From Candidatus Poribacteria bacterium (lineage in GTDB: Bacteria; Poribacteria; WGA-4E; PCPOR2b): a DNA stretch of 64,000 nucleotides. Positions within the stretch are counted from its first letter, which is position 1; each line of letters begins with the position of its first letter. The position numbers were made by a program, and so were the translations under genes. This document shows, piece by piece, positions 41,953 through 51,830 of this stretch. A model generated the notes under the pieces. That model had not been told where the DNA came from and made no database searches. It saw only the letters and a program-made list of their open reading frames with translations. Where the stretch lies: contig OZ244587.1 in NCBI GenBank assembly GCA_965218095.1, positions 1,888,001 through 1,952,000 of the forward strand, read 5' to 3'.

Positions 41953-42849
41953 ATGAACATTCTTGTGACTGGAGGCACCGGGCTCATTGGTTCCGCATTG
42001 GCGTCTGCTCTCGGCACCGGCGAACACCGCGTAACCCGTCTTGTCCGATCTGATCCGATTCCTAGCGAAGCCGAAGTCCGCTGGAATCCTGACGCCGGGG
42101 AAATTGATACCGGAAGCCTTGAAGGAGTAGACGCGGTAGTGCATCTCGCCGGGGAAAGCATTGCTGCTGGCAGATGGACGCCTGAGAGAAAAGCACGTAT
42201 CCGCGATAGTCGGGTAAAAGGCACCCAACTGCTTTGTGACGCCCTCGCAGCGCTCTCGCAGCCTCCCAAAATCTTGGCATGTGCGTCCGCTATCGGCTAC
42301 TATGGGAATCGCGGGTCGGAAACTCTTAACGAAGAGAGTGGGTCAGGAGATGGCTTTCTTGCTGAAGTCTGCCGCGAGTGGGAAGCCGCAATAGCACCGG
42401 CGGTTCAAAGTGGAATTCGCGTGGTAAATCTCCGGATCGGCGTTGTCCTCAGTGCAGCCGGTGGCGCACTCGCAAAAATGCTTCTGCCCTTCCGCATGGG
42501 TGTCGGCGGGCGGATCGGAAGTGGACGGCAATACATGAGTTGGGTCGCTTTAGATGACGTCGTGGGTGTCATTGAGTACGCGCTAATCACCAGCACGCTT
42601 CAAGGCCCAGTCAATGTGACCGCTCCCCGTCCCGTTACCAACAGCGAATTCACAAAGACCCTGGGGCGAGTTCTCCGACGCCCAACTCTGTTTCCTATGC
42701 CCGGCTTCGCTGCACGCCTTGCCTTCGGAGAGATGAGCGATGAATTGCTACTTGCCAGTACCCGTGTGGAGCCCGCCCGCCTCTTAGCGACAGGGTACGA
42801 ATTCCGCTACCCAACGCTCGAAGGGGCACTTCGGCATTTATTAACGTAA
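41953..42849 (+). CDS. TIGR01777-family oxidoreductase (YfcH-like)
   Basis: ILVTGGTGLIG, HLAGESI..RWT, SAIGYYG, FLAEVCREWE; GGAGG RBS. Confidence 0.92.
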   Translation: MNILVTGGTGLIGSALASALGTGEHRVTRLVRSDPIPSEAEVRWNPDAGEIDTGSLEGVDAVVHLAGESIAAGRWTPERKARIRDSRVKGTQLLCDALAALSQPPKILACASAIGYYGNRGSETLNEESGSGDGFLAEVCREWEAAIAPAVQSGIRVVNLRIGVVLSAAGGALAKMLLPFRMGVGGRIGSGRQYMSWVALDDVVGVIEYALITSTLQGPVNVTAPRPVTNSEFTKTLGRVLRRPTLFPMPGFAARLAFGEMSDELLLASTRVEPARLLATGYEFRYPTLEGALRHLLT

Positions 42850-42855
42850 AACGTA

Positions 42856-44463
42856 ATGCGTAAGGAGACCGCCATGACCTCCAAATTTACAGGCTATGCA
42901 ACCGCACAAGCCACACAAGCCTTCGCGGATCGGATGCGAGCGCATCACCCTTCCTTCGAGGCGAGTGCGTATCGCCGGCTCACCGGCACAGACCTGATAA
43001 CATCCAAGATTGGCTACGGCACCTACCGCGTGCATGCCCAAAACGAGGTGCACGTTGAAACGCTCGAAGCCGCAATCGAGGCTGGTTGTAATCTGATTGA
43101 TACCTCCAGCAATTACACCGATGGCGGTAGCGAAACCTTGATCGGAAATGTCCTTAGGGATGTGATTTCTGCCGGCGAGGTTAAACGGGAAGAAATTATC
43201 GTTGTCTCCAAAGTCGGCTACATGCAGGGACAAAACCTCGACCAAGCACAACAACGAGAGGCAGCAGGTCATCCGTGGGGAGAGGTCGTCAAATATCAGG
43301 ATGGCTGCTGGCACTGCATCCACCCTGATTTTCTGGCAGACCAGTGGACTCGTAGCGCGGATCGACTGGGGCTGGAAACCATTGACGTTTACCTACTACA
43401 CAACCCGGAATACTTCCTTTCCGACGCCAAAAACCGAGCCCCTCAATCTAGTCGAGACGCAATTGGTGATACCTTCTATGACCGCGTCTACCGCGCCTTT
43501 GTGCAGATGGAACGGTTCGTGGTTGATGGAAAGATCCGCTACTACGGTATTTCGTCGAATACCTTCCCTTCCCCACAAACCGACTTCGAGCATGTCTCCC
43601 TCAATCGCGTTTATGAGGCGGCTGTCAAAGCGGCAGAGACTGTGTATAGTGCGCATGCAGCAAGTCACTTCAAGGTCATTCAGCTCCCATACAACCTGCT
43701 TGAACCCGAGGCATTGACTGAAGCGAATAACGAAATCGACGGAAAAAGCATCGCTGTCCTTGAGGCGGCGAAGTCGCTTGGACTTGGCGTTCTCGTGAAC
43801 CGCCCGCTCAACGCTTTCAAGAACAATCGGATGACCCGACTCGCACAATATCAGTATGACCCGGGCGCCGATTACCCAACGGTTGTTGCAATTGCAGAAG
43901 GGACGCTGACCCAGATCGAATCAACGCTCGAAAACACGCTGAAAAGTTGGGGGATTTTCGATTCGGTGCAAAATCAGGTGAATGTGAATCTCTTTTACAA
44001 CGTCGCTCAGCAACTCGGTGGATTTATGTCGCGTGTCCAAGACCGTGATCATTGGGAACAGATCTTACAGCAGCACCTGATTCCACAGATCAATGGCTAT
44101 CTGCGGCAGACCGGAATCGCCTGTCTGAATCAACACCAAGGGGAATGGGAAGGCTTGCTCGCTCAATATGTAGATGCACTGAACGCTTTGTTCGCAACCA
44201 TAACAGAAATCTTTAACCGTGTGGGTGCGGAAAAGGTTGAACCGATCTATCAGGCTTTGAACCCACACCTCTCCGACGACCAGGGTGCGTTAACGCTCTC
44301 TCAGGATGCGTTGAACTTCGTGACTTCATCGCCGGGGGTGTCCGCTGTCCTGAACGGGATGAAACGCGAAGAATATGTTGAGGACGCGATGAAGATTATG
44401 AAAGCGCCTGATTTCGCGCAGCCGCTTGCGCTGATCGAAAGCGTAGAGCGTTTTTTCGCTTGA
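42856..44463 (+). CDS. Aldo/keto reductase with a helical insertion
   Basis: IGYGTYR, IDTSSNY, VSKVG, LLHNPE, GISSN. Confidence 0.88.
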   Translation: MRKETAMTSKFTGYATAQATQAFADRMRAHHPSFEASAYRRLTGTDLITSKIGYGTYRVHAQNEVHVETLEAAIEAGCNLIDTSSNYTDGGSETLIGNVLRDVISAGEVKREEIIVVSKVGYMQGQNLDQAQQREAAGHPWGEVVKYQDGCWHCIHPDFLADQWTRSADRLGLETIDVYLLHNPEYFLSDAKNRAPQSSRDAIGDTFYDRVYRAFVQMERFVVDGKIRYYGISSNTFPSPQTDFEHVSLNRVYEAAVKAAETVYSAHAASHFKVIQLPYNLLEPEALTEANNEIDGKSIAVLEAAKSLGLGVLVNRPLNAFKNNRMTRLAQYQYDPGADYPTVVAIAEGTLTQIESTLENTLKSWGIFDSVQNQVNVNLFYNVAQQLGGFMSRVQDRDHWEQILQQHLIPQINGYLRQTGIACLNQHQGEWEGLLAQYVDALNALFATITEIFNRVGAEKVEPIYQALNPHLSDDQGALTLSQDALNFVTSSPGVSAVLNGMKREEYVEDAMKIMKAPDFAQPLALIESVERFFA

Positions 44464-44628
44464 CTTCAAAACCGATCTCAGCGAAAGTGGAAGCGTCAAT
44501 TCTACCTGCGGGGATGTACAAATGAAGAAGCATAGTCCTGATGGTAAGGGCGCAAAAATAGAAGGTTGCGAAGCCATTGAATTACTTCGGCGAAAGTAAC
44601 TTTTTGTCATATTTCAAGGAGTTATCGT

Positions 44629-45582
44629 ATGGAGACAAACACAACATTATCCGTACCCCGCCGCCGCTTAGGGCGGACAGAGTTGAGCATCCCCGTCGTT
44701 CCCTTCGGGACGCAGGGGTTCGGTAACCACTTCGGTTTTGTTTCCAACGAGGATGCTGTCGCCCTCATGAAATACGCTGTCAGCATTGGCGTCAACCACT
44801 TCGACTGCGCACGTTGCTATGGGGATTCGATGCGTAAACTCGGCTTGGCGTTGAGGGAGATTCCACGCGAGGACGTGATTATCACCGGACGACTTTGCTG
44901 CCATTCCGGAGCGGAATGGGGTGGGTATGGCGAGGGAAGACCAGATTACTCTGCCGACCGCGTGATTGCGGATGTCGAAAATCAGTTAGAATTGCTCGGC
45001 ACAGACTATTTCGACGGCATGCTGATTCATGATCCGTCCGATATTGAGGCGACGCTTGGGAAGGGCGGGACGTTAGATGGCATCCTACAGTGTAAAGCCC
45101 GGGTTCTGGTTCACTTTGCCGGATACGGGATGCACCCGCACGAATTCCACGTCAAGACAATTGCCACCGGCGATGTCGATCTCCTCTTGTGTTTCAACAA
45201 TTATAACTTAGTTCGTCAGACCGCCGCGGATACTGTTCTACCCGCCGCCGCCGAAGCCGATGTCGGAATAATGAACGGTTGGTCAATTCTGCGTGGGTTG
45301 CTGACAGGGGTTAACATTGATGCGGAAGTGGAAAAAGGGCGATGGAAAAATCACGCCGACCCCGAACCTGTGAGAGCGAGATGGAAGTGGTGTCAGGAAG
45401 AGGGAGTCGATCTGCTCCAATTAGCCCTTCAGTTTTGCCTGCGGGACGAGCGGATCCATGGGAACAACATCGGTTCGTTGAACATCGAGCAGTTGGAAGC
45501 AAACGTGCGAGCGGCTAGCACGCCTCTCCCCGATGAGGTATGGGAGAAATACAAGGCGCGGTTCGGTGGTGGGATTGCCTGA
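44629..45582 (+). CDS. Aldo/keto reductase
   Basis: RRLGRTELSI, GVNHFDCARCYG, LIHDP, QLALQF. Confidence 0.88.
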   Translation: METNTTLSVPRRRLGRTELSIPVVPFGTQGFGNHFGFVSNEDAVALMKYAVSIGVNHFDCARCYGDSMRKLGLALREIPREDVIITGRLCCHSGAEWGGYGEGRPDYSADRVIADVENQLELLGTDYFDGMLIHDPSDIEATLGKGGTLDGILQCKARVLVHFAGYGMHPHEFHVKTIATGDVDLLLCFNNYNLVRQTAADTVLPAAAEADVGIMNGWSILRGLLTGVNIDAEVEKGRWKNHADPEPVRARWKWCQEEGVDLLQLALQFCLRDERIHGNNIGSLNIEQLEANVRAASTPLPDEVWEKYKARFGGGIA

Positions 45583-45657
45583 TTCCCGTTTTTCATTACA
45601 CTTCAATCGAGTCATTGTCAAGCCAAACACAGTTGTTGGCATATATCAAAAACGCAC

Positions 45658-47925
45658 CTATTTGACGATTACCATCCGCTTTGTCCCAGTGAAATCATCC
45701 GTTTCCAACCGATAGAAATAGACGCCCGTCGCAACATGCTGTCCCAACGCATTGCGCCCATCCCAATACGCCGCACGATTTCGGGAAAGATAAATCCCTG
45801 CCGGCTGTCGCCCGAGCTTCAAAGTGCGTACCCGACGCCCCATGAGATCGTAGATGTGAATCCGTACCGACGAAGCGGCTGCAAGTTGATAGGGAATCCA
45901 TGTCTCTGGGTTGAATGGATTGGGATAATTTTGAAGCAGTGCATCTCTTTTGATGACTCCGAGTGGATTTAACTGCAACCCGCTCGGTTCGACAGCAACA
46001 GTAATGTCCTGGGGCAAATGCGGCAAAACGGTTTCGATTGGTAACAGATGGATGCGTCCATCATCGTGACCCACGGCAACGGTCTTTCCATCCGGACTAA
46101 AGATTACCTGCCAATACGGCTGAGGTAAATTCGTAACAAGTTTTCCTGTTTGTGTATCCCAGATCTGCACCCCAGGCGCTAAAGTATCCCTATCAGGGCC
46201 GCTAATACTTGTTGTGAACCATCTGCCATCCGGACTAAACTCAGCCGTTCGCACAACGCCCGTTGGAAGCTCGAGATCTATTTCTTCCGTCTCAATATTC
46301 CAAAATTTAATCTTGTATTCCGGCCGATCTGCATACCCCGCAATCCATCGGCTGTCGGGGCTGAATTCAATACCATTCCCGTAGTTGTGGCCAATTTTTC
46401 CAAGTCCGTTGACAATACGCTGTAGCGTGAAGCCCTGAGTTTCCCAGACCACAATTGCGCGAGCCCCCTCTGCCGCAAACCAATTGCCATCGGGACTGAA
46501 ACGGATTGAACCGCTTGAAAAGCCTGAACCGATATCTCTTTCGTGTAATCCTGCGATCTGCTCGCCGGTTTCGACATCCCACACCCGTATCAAGAATGAA
46601 AACGTCACAGCGGCAACCAGACGACTGTCGGGACTAAACGTGATGCCTCCTCGGTTCCATACCGCGCCGCGCAAAGCATGTTTGACAGTAGCGGTATCCA
46701 CATCCCAAACCGTGATACGCCGATCTCGATGCGTAATAGCGACATATTTACCATTGGGGCTCAGTGCTGCTGTATAACTTCCATTATCATACTGCATCTC
46801 AGCAATGATTTCCGTTGTGACGGTGTCCCAAACGCGGGCAACGCCCCCGAACGTGGCGAAGTGCTCACTGTCTGCGCTAAACCCAAGCATTTGTTGATAG
46901 CCGTAGCCCTCAAACCTGCCAATCAACTTTCCGGTGTCTATCTCCCAACGCCCAATGTTTGCGTAATGGTTCGCAAGGGCAACAACGGTTCGGCTGTCAC
47001 GGCTGAGGGTAAATAAGTCGGGCCAATATCGGTTTGTTTCCTCCCAACCTTTGAACTCCTCATCAGGTCTCGTCTTCGTGAGCCAAGATCGCATCCACTC
47101 TTGATTCGCCGTGTCCCAAACGGCGATGACGGCGTCGCCAAATCCAACAACCAGAGTTCTCCCATTGGGACCAAACGCAAGCGAATTAACCTCTACCTGT
47201 CCGCGGAGCCCCTCTACTTCTACATCATTTCCATCAATCATCTCAGTTCGATCGCATGTCTGTAGGGACCAGAATTCGATCTGTCCCTCCTCTGTCCCGA
47301 CCGCGAGTTGTATCCCATCAGAACGGAGTGCCAGCGTTGTCACGCGGGAATTCGTAAGAAATTTGCCCACGAGCTGTACTGTAGCAATATCCCAGATCTC
47401 CACATCAAACGCGCCAACGATTAATTGCCGCCCATCGTGAGAAAAGAGGAGAGAATACTTTCCTCGCCGAGCGGCTGCGTGGCGGAAGGTGAAAGCTTCC
47501 TGATGCTTCTCCCATAAGCGAACCACTCCCTGATTATTGATTGAAGCAATCTGTTTTCCGTCAGGGCTGTACGCCAAATCGCTGACACGATGCTCACCCC
47601 CAGTCAGCGTCCCGACTACCTGACCCGTGGTGCTGTCGAATCGATGCAATAGACGCCCATCCGCAACCATCACCTCCGCCCCGTTTGGGCTGAATTCAAG
47701 CGCGTCCACGTTCATCTCAATGGTGTGGACAAGCTGGGAGGTTTTCGCCTCGTACAGTTCAAGGATTGCCGATGTGCCAATCGCCAGCCGCCTGCCATCG
47801 GGCGAGAATTGGATTGCTCGGACTTTCCCTTTACCAATGAATCTCTCAGTTTGTCCATAGGCAACGATTGCTACTGAGAAGAGGGCTATCAACATAGACA
47901 GATAGCGTTGAAGCGTGTTTTTCAT
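45658..47925 (-). CDS. Secreted WD40-repeat protein with a Poribacteria-type C-terminal domain
   Basis: Signal peptide; many FSPDG..W(D/E) repeats; LLQNYPNPFNPETWIPYQLA...RMVIVK. Confidence 0.9.
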   Translation of the reverse strand: MKNTLQRYLSMLIALFSVAIVAYGQTERFIGKGKVRAIQFSPDGRRLAIGTSAILELYEAKTSQLVHTIEMNVDALEFSPNGAEVMVADGRLLHRFDSTTGQVVGTLTGGEHRVSDLAYSPDGKQIASINNQGVVRLWEKHQEAFTFRHAAARRGKYSLLFSHDGRQLIVGAFDVEIWDIATVQLVGKFLTNSRVTTLALRSDGIQLAVGTEEGQIEFWSLQTCDRTEMIDGNDVEVEGLRGQVEVNSLAFGPNGRTLVVGFGDAVIAVWDTANQEWMRSWLTKTRPDEEFKGWEETNRYWPDLFTLSRDSRTVVALANHYANIGRWEIDTGKLIGRFEGYGYQQMLGFSADSEHFATFGGVARVWDTVTTEIIAEMQYDNGSYTAALSPNGKYVAITHRDRRITVWDVDTATVKHALRGAVWNRGGITFSPDSRLVAAVTFSFLIRVWDVETGEQIAGLHERDIGSGFSSGSIRFSPDGNWFAAEGARAIVVWETQGFTLQRIVNGLGKIGHNYGNGIEFSPDSRWIAGYADRPEYKIKFWNIETEEIDLELPTGVVRTAEFSPDGRWFTTSISGPDRDTLAPGVQIWDTQTGKLVTNLPQPYWQVIFSPDGKTVAVGHDDGRIHLLPIETVLPHLPQDITVAVEPSGLQLNPLGVIKRDALLQNYPNPFNPETWIPYQLAAASSVRIHIYDLMGRRVRTLKLGRQPAGIYLSRNRAAYWDGRNALGQHVATGVYFYRLETDDFTGTKRMVIVK

Positions 47926-48152
47926 CCTTATGTTCCTTCCCAATTTGTGATGAATATCTTACGCTTAATACGTAGATCTGCTGCATTCGATCAAAATTTT
48001 TTCGGCCAGTCACGGGTGAATAGAGCACAGTCGTGAAAATCTGTGAATCAATGAACGTGTAAGTGCACTGAGTCAATCGACACAAAATAAAAAAGCCGTC
48101 TCAGAAAAACCACTCCAAGACGGCTTTTCTATTTCTGGAAAGGAATAACGCA

Positions 48153-48704
48153 CTATCTGATCGCGGATTTATCCGCGAGTACGTCCTTCACCTGACCTTG
48201 TCCTTGCAGTGCAATCAAGGCCTGCAACGTTTTCTTCAACTCTTTACGATAACTGTAGCTGAAAAGCACAAATTGGGCCTGTTGCTCGGCAGTCAAGATC
48301 TGATTAATCTCCCCCATGATCTTTTTTCTTTCGGCAATGAACCCATCCTCGACCTCGCGGTAGTGTGTTAAGGCAGCCTGTAACTCAGCCTGTTCTGCCT
48401 CAGAATCAATCGGGGTGGCTTGCAATTGCCTTAGCCGATTCATTCCCCGCCGGTGCTCTTGCCGATACTGCGTTTTTAACTTTTCCAGCTTGTTGAATTT
48501 AGTCAACAAAGGCACCTCCTGCTCCGACGTTGGCGAGACCGCATCAACCAACTTCCAAATTTTGAGGGCTTCAACCAATTCAGCCATCGCGCTTGGCGTT
48601 GCCCGTAGGGGAGGAGACGTGTCTGCTTTGATGAACGGAATCAAGAACACAAACGCGAGCACCACAGGAATTACCGTGAGCAACGGTAGATAACGACGTT
48701 TCAT
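48153..48704 (-). CDS. Exported Spy/CpxP-like protein
   Basis: Signal anchor, helical body, ILTAEQQAQF motif; third gene of the ECF operon. Confidence 0.65.
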   Translation of the reverse strand: MKRRYLPLLTVIPVVLAFVFLIPFIKADTSPPLRATPSAMAELVEALKIWKLVDAVSPTSEQEVPLLTKFNKLEKLKTQYRQEHRRGMNRLRQLQATPIDSEAEQAELQAALTHYREVEDGFIAERKKIMGEINQILTAEQQAQFVLFSYSYRKELKKTLQALIALQGQGQVKDVLADKSAIR

Positions 48705-49397
48705 AGATGGTATCCTCCTTTGGGAATTTCTTTAATCCAAAACGGTGAAAACAAATTGATCTTTTGTCGAAGGCACGAAATCGGTGAGGACTTCATCTCC
48801 AAAAGACTCGATGTTGATTTCGGAGTTAATGACGCGGAACAATTGGTTGACGAGGTCGGTGGACTCCACCGAATTTGGCAGGTCGATTTCATCGACAAGC
48901 GAACCCTCACCATCCCAAACCGAAGGAACATCTAGGCTTTGGAGTTCATGATTTAACTGTTCCTGCAACTGTTCTACAGGGATTTCAGCAATGAAACTTC
49001 GGGAGATTAGCACACCAAAAGTGGGAGTATCGATTGGGGCTTTGAGTTGGCGACTGTTGGAAAGTCCCCAAAGGCTTAAAAGGAGAGTCAGCACGCAAGC
49101 CACCCCTGCCATTTTCCATCCATGCGTCCTTACCCAAAGGGGAAGGCGATCTTTTTCAAATGCTTGACGCTGCGAAATTCTCATGCGGAGGTTGGGCCAA
49201 AACGCCTCCCATACTTCTGGAGAAGGATACTCAATCGGCAGATTGCTGGCAAGACGGATAGTTTTCTCAAAAGTTTCCAATCCCTTTTGGCAACGCAAAC
49301 AGTTGTCAATATGAAGCTCTAGTTGACGAACCCGCCCGAGAGACAGCGTTCCTTCAATATACTCCGGTAGCAATCGTTCGGCTGACTTACATTTCAT
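48701..49397 (-). CDS. Zinc-finger anti-sigma factor (zf-HC2); main ORF stops at 48732
   Basis: C...HIDNCLRC motif plus TM helix. Confidence 0.85.
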
Positions 49398-49403
49398 GAT
49401 AAA

Positions 49404-49976
49404 TCAATCTTCCAGGTAAGGTGTAAGCAGGTCACGTAGTTTTCGCGTTGCGTTAAACAAATGGGCTTTGACGCTTCCAACGCGCAAATGGAGAACATCG
49501 GTAATTTCGCGAAGGGCTAATCCTTCATAGTGTCTCAAAATAAACACCTGCTTCTGACGAGGAGACAACTGTTGAATCGCTTTCTCGATTTCCCTTCCAA
49601 GTTCGATTTGTTCCAGGCAGTGCATTGTAACATCCTTGGAATCTCCTGGATGGAACAGGAAATCGTCAAACGGGAGTTCTTCGGTAAAAGCAATATCGGT
49701 ACGACCTGCCCGACGCCGCGTATAATCAATGCAGGCATTTTTAGCAATCCGATAAAGCCATGTGTAAAATGTGGATTTGTTTTCAAACTGCTTCAGTGCT
49801 TTGAAAGCTCTGAGGAAAATCTCCTGAGACAGATCATACGCATCTTCCGGGTTGTGAGTAAAGTTATAGGCAAGCTCATAAATTCGCTTTTGGTACTTCT
49901 GAACTAACTCACCAAAAGCCTGAGTATCCCCACTTTGTGCGCTCTCAACACAGTATCGATCTGGATCGGCTTTCAT
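49404..49976 (-). CDS. ECF RNA polymerase sigma factor
   Basis: DAYDLSQEIF, FYTWLYRIAKN, LSPRQKQVFILR region 4. Confidence 0.95.
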   Translation of the reverse strand: MKADPDRYCVESAQSGDTQAFGELVQKYQKRIYELAYNFTHNPEDAYDLSQEIFLRAFKALKQFENKSTFYTWLYRIAKNACIDYTRRRAGRTDIAFTEELPFDDFLFHPGDSKDVTMHCLEQIELGREIEKAIQQLSPRQKQVFILRHYEGLALREITDVLHLRVGSVKAHLFNATRKLRDLLTPYLED

Positions 49977-50105
49977 GGGTTTTTCCCGTTGTAGACGCGG
50001 TAAGGAGTGAAAAGTTTAGGTAGGCAAAGAGAAGAAATGAAAAAATTAATACGCCCTTGGTACCCGGGTTATAAGTTGAAGCAAGACATGGCAGAAATAA
50101 GTGGA

Positions 50106-50182
50106 TGGAGCCGGTGAGAGGATTTGAACCTCCGACCTGTTGATTACGAATCAACCGCTCTGACCAACTGAGCTACACCGGC
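50106..50182 (-). tRNA. tRNA-Thr(CGT)
   Basis: Cloverleaf, anticodon CGT, GTTCAAA T-loop, encoded CCA. Confidence 0.95.
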
Positions 50183-50234
50183 TTATAAGGAAAAACAGCC
50201 CCACCATGAGATGATGGGGCCATAAGCATAAGAA

Positions 50235-50307
50235 TGCCGAGGGGCAGAATTGAACTGCCGACACATGGATTTTCAGTCCACTGCTCTACCGACTGAGCTA
50301 CCTCGGC
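50235..50307 (-). tRNA. tRNA-Phe(GAA)
   Basis: Cloverleaf, anticodon loop CTGAAAA, no encoded CCA. Confidence 0.95.
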
Positions 50308-50418
50308 ATGATTGAAAGCGGGTAGAATAATACCAAATCAATGAAACAAATGTCAAATGTTTTTTATACGGGATTAGGGCTATTTAACTCTCCAATCGGC
50401 CTACAGATAATCATGATT

Positions 50419-50480
50419 GAGATCCTTCGCAAAGCCTCAGGATGACTGAATCTGTCTAATAGAACGAAGTGAAGAATCTC
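50419..50480. repeat. REP-like palindromic repeat
   Basis: GAGATCCTTCGC..CTCAGGATGAC and GAAGAATCT also found at 63101-63186. Confidence 0.65.
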
Positions 50481-50577
50481 AATAATTAAATGACCCTAAT
50501 ACGAGGCGCGATATTGATTGGCCTTGCAGAAACACAGTCCAAACCACATCCATCTCGGAAGGCGATAACGTGCTTTA

Positions 50578-50865
50578 TCAGTAAGGAACGTTGGGAAATG
50601 GAACAACCTTGTACACTGTCTCACCAGGCTTAATGTAGCCAAGTCGCCGTGCAAGTTGCTCCTTTGTAAATTCGTTTGTTTTCAGTTTTTCCACCCGAAT
50701 TTTCAGTAGATCTCGCTCACGTTCAAGTTTTGCTAATTCTTCCAAAGAATGTTGTTTGATTCGGCGGGCTTCCTGCCAATTCTGAAGCCCTTCGACAAAT
50801 CGATACAAACCGATCAGTAACATGAAAAGGGCAAGAATAGATAGCCAGGATTGGATAACTCGCAT
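50578..50865 (-). CDS. Septum formation initiator (FtsB/DivIC family)
   Basis: TM helix, coiled coil, EQLARRLGYIKPGE. Confidence 0.85.
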   Translation of the reverse strand: MRVIQSWLSILALFMLLIGLYRFVEGLQNWQEARRIKQHSLEELAKLERERDLLKIRVEKLKTNEFTKEQLARRLGYIKPGETVYKVVPFPNVPY

Positions 50866-51009
50866 GGTATGATCTCCTTATAAAACAGATAGGCGTAAAC
50901 ATCAAATACCTGAACTTGTCCGGTTATTATTATCACGCTTCAATCACTTCAAACGTTTCAGGGATTGACGAGAGATTGCGGAATGCAAATTCATGCTGCG
51001 ATGCCCTTC

Positions 51010-51528
51010 TTAATTCCCCGGCGATCCATACTTCTTCCTTAACATCTTCACAACGACCGGCGGAACCATCTTCAACAACTTTTCATCACTGACTTTTGCC
51101 CCTCCCATCTGCACGATTTCCACGACAAGTGTGGAGCTCAAATGTGCATACCTAGCATTTGCCATCATAAACAGCGTATCCACCTGTGGGGCAACTTGGC
51201 GATTCATGCGTGCCATCTGAAATTCGTACTCAAAATCGGAAAATTCTCGCAGCCCACGAATGATCGCGGTGGCGCCACACTCTTGTGCATACTGCGCAGT
51301 GAGTCCAGAATACTGATCAATCGTGACATGCGGATAAGACTGGATGACGGTTTTCAGCATTTCAATCCGTTCCTCCAATGTGAAACGGGGCGGCTTGGCA
51401 GGGTTGATACCGATGGCAATGACCAACTCATCGAAAATGCAGAGCTCAGAAACCCGATCTATGACATCCACATGACCGTTTGTAATGGGATCAAAACTAG
51501 CAGGAAAAATGGCAATTTTCTTCGGCAA
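51010..51528 (-). CDS. coaD: Phosphopantetheine adenylyltransferase
   Basis: FPASFDPITNGH, IIRGLR..SDFEYE, LSSTLV. Confidence 0.96.
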   Translation of the reverse strand: MPKKIAIFPASFDPITNGHVDVIDRVSELCIFDELVIAIGINPAKPPRFTLEERIEMLKTVIQSYPHVTIDQYSGLTAQYAQECGATAIIRGLREFSDFEYEFQMARMNRQVAPQVDTLFMMANARYAHLSSTLVVEIVQMGGAKVSDEKLLKMVPPVVVKMLRKKYGSPGN

Positions 51529-51830
51529 AGATCTGATTCCTTTCTAAAACTGGAGTATGCAATCGGCGCCCTACGTCAACCCCTCAAAACATCGAAATCT
51601 TAACACACCTGTATTGTGTCCGTCAACCTCAAAATTTCTCGAGTTTTCAGTTCATTTACCAGGGGAAGTACGCTAAAATGGGAAACTCCATCACTGTTCA
51701 GATTATGGCATACGGAAGGAAATCATGTATACCATCACGCTAACCAACACACTAAACTTTGGTGCGACGTCAAATAGTATCATTCCTTATCAGCAAGTTG
51801 CGCCTGGTGTTGTGGCGATGAGAATTTTCC

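Noticed and set aside
50106-50307. tRNA as a prophage or island attachment site
   Set aside because: No integrase and no duplicated tRNA 3' end seen in the window.
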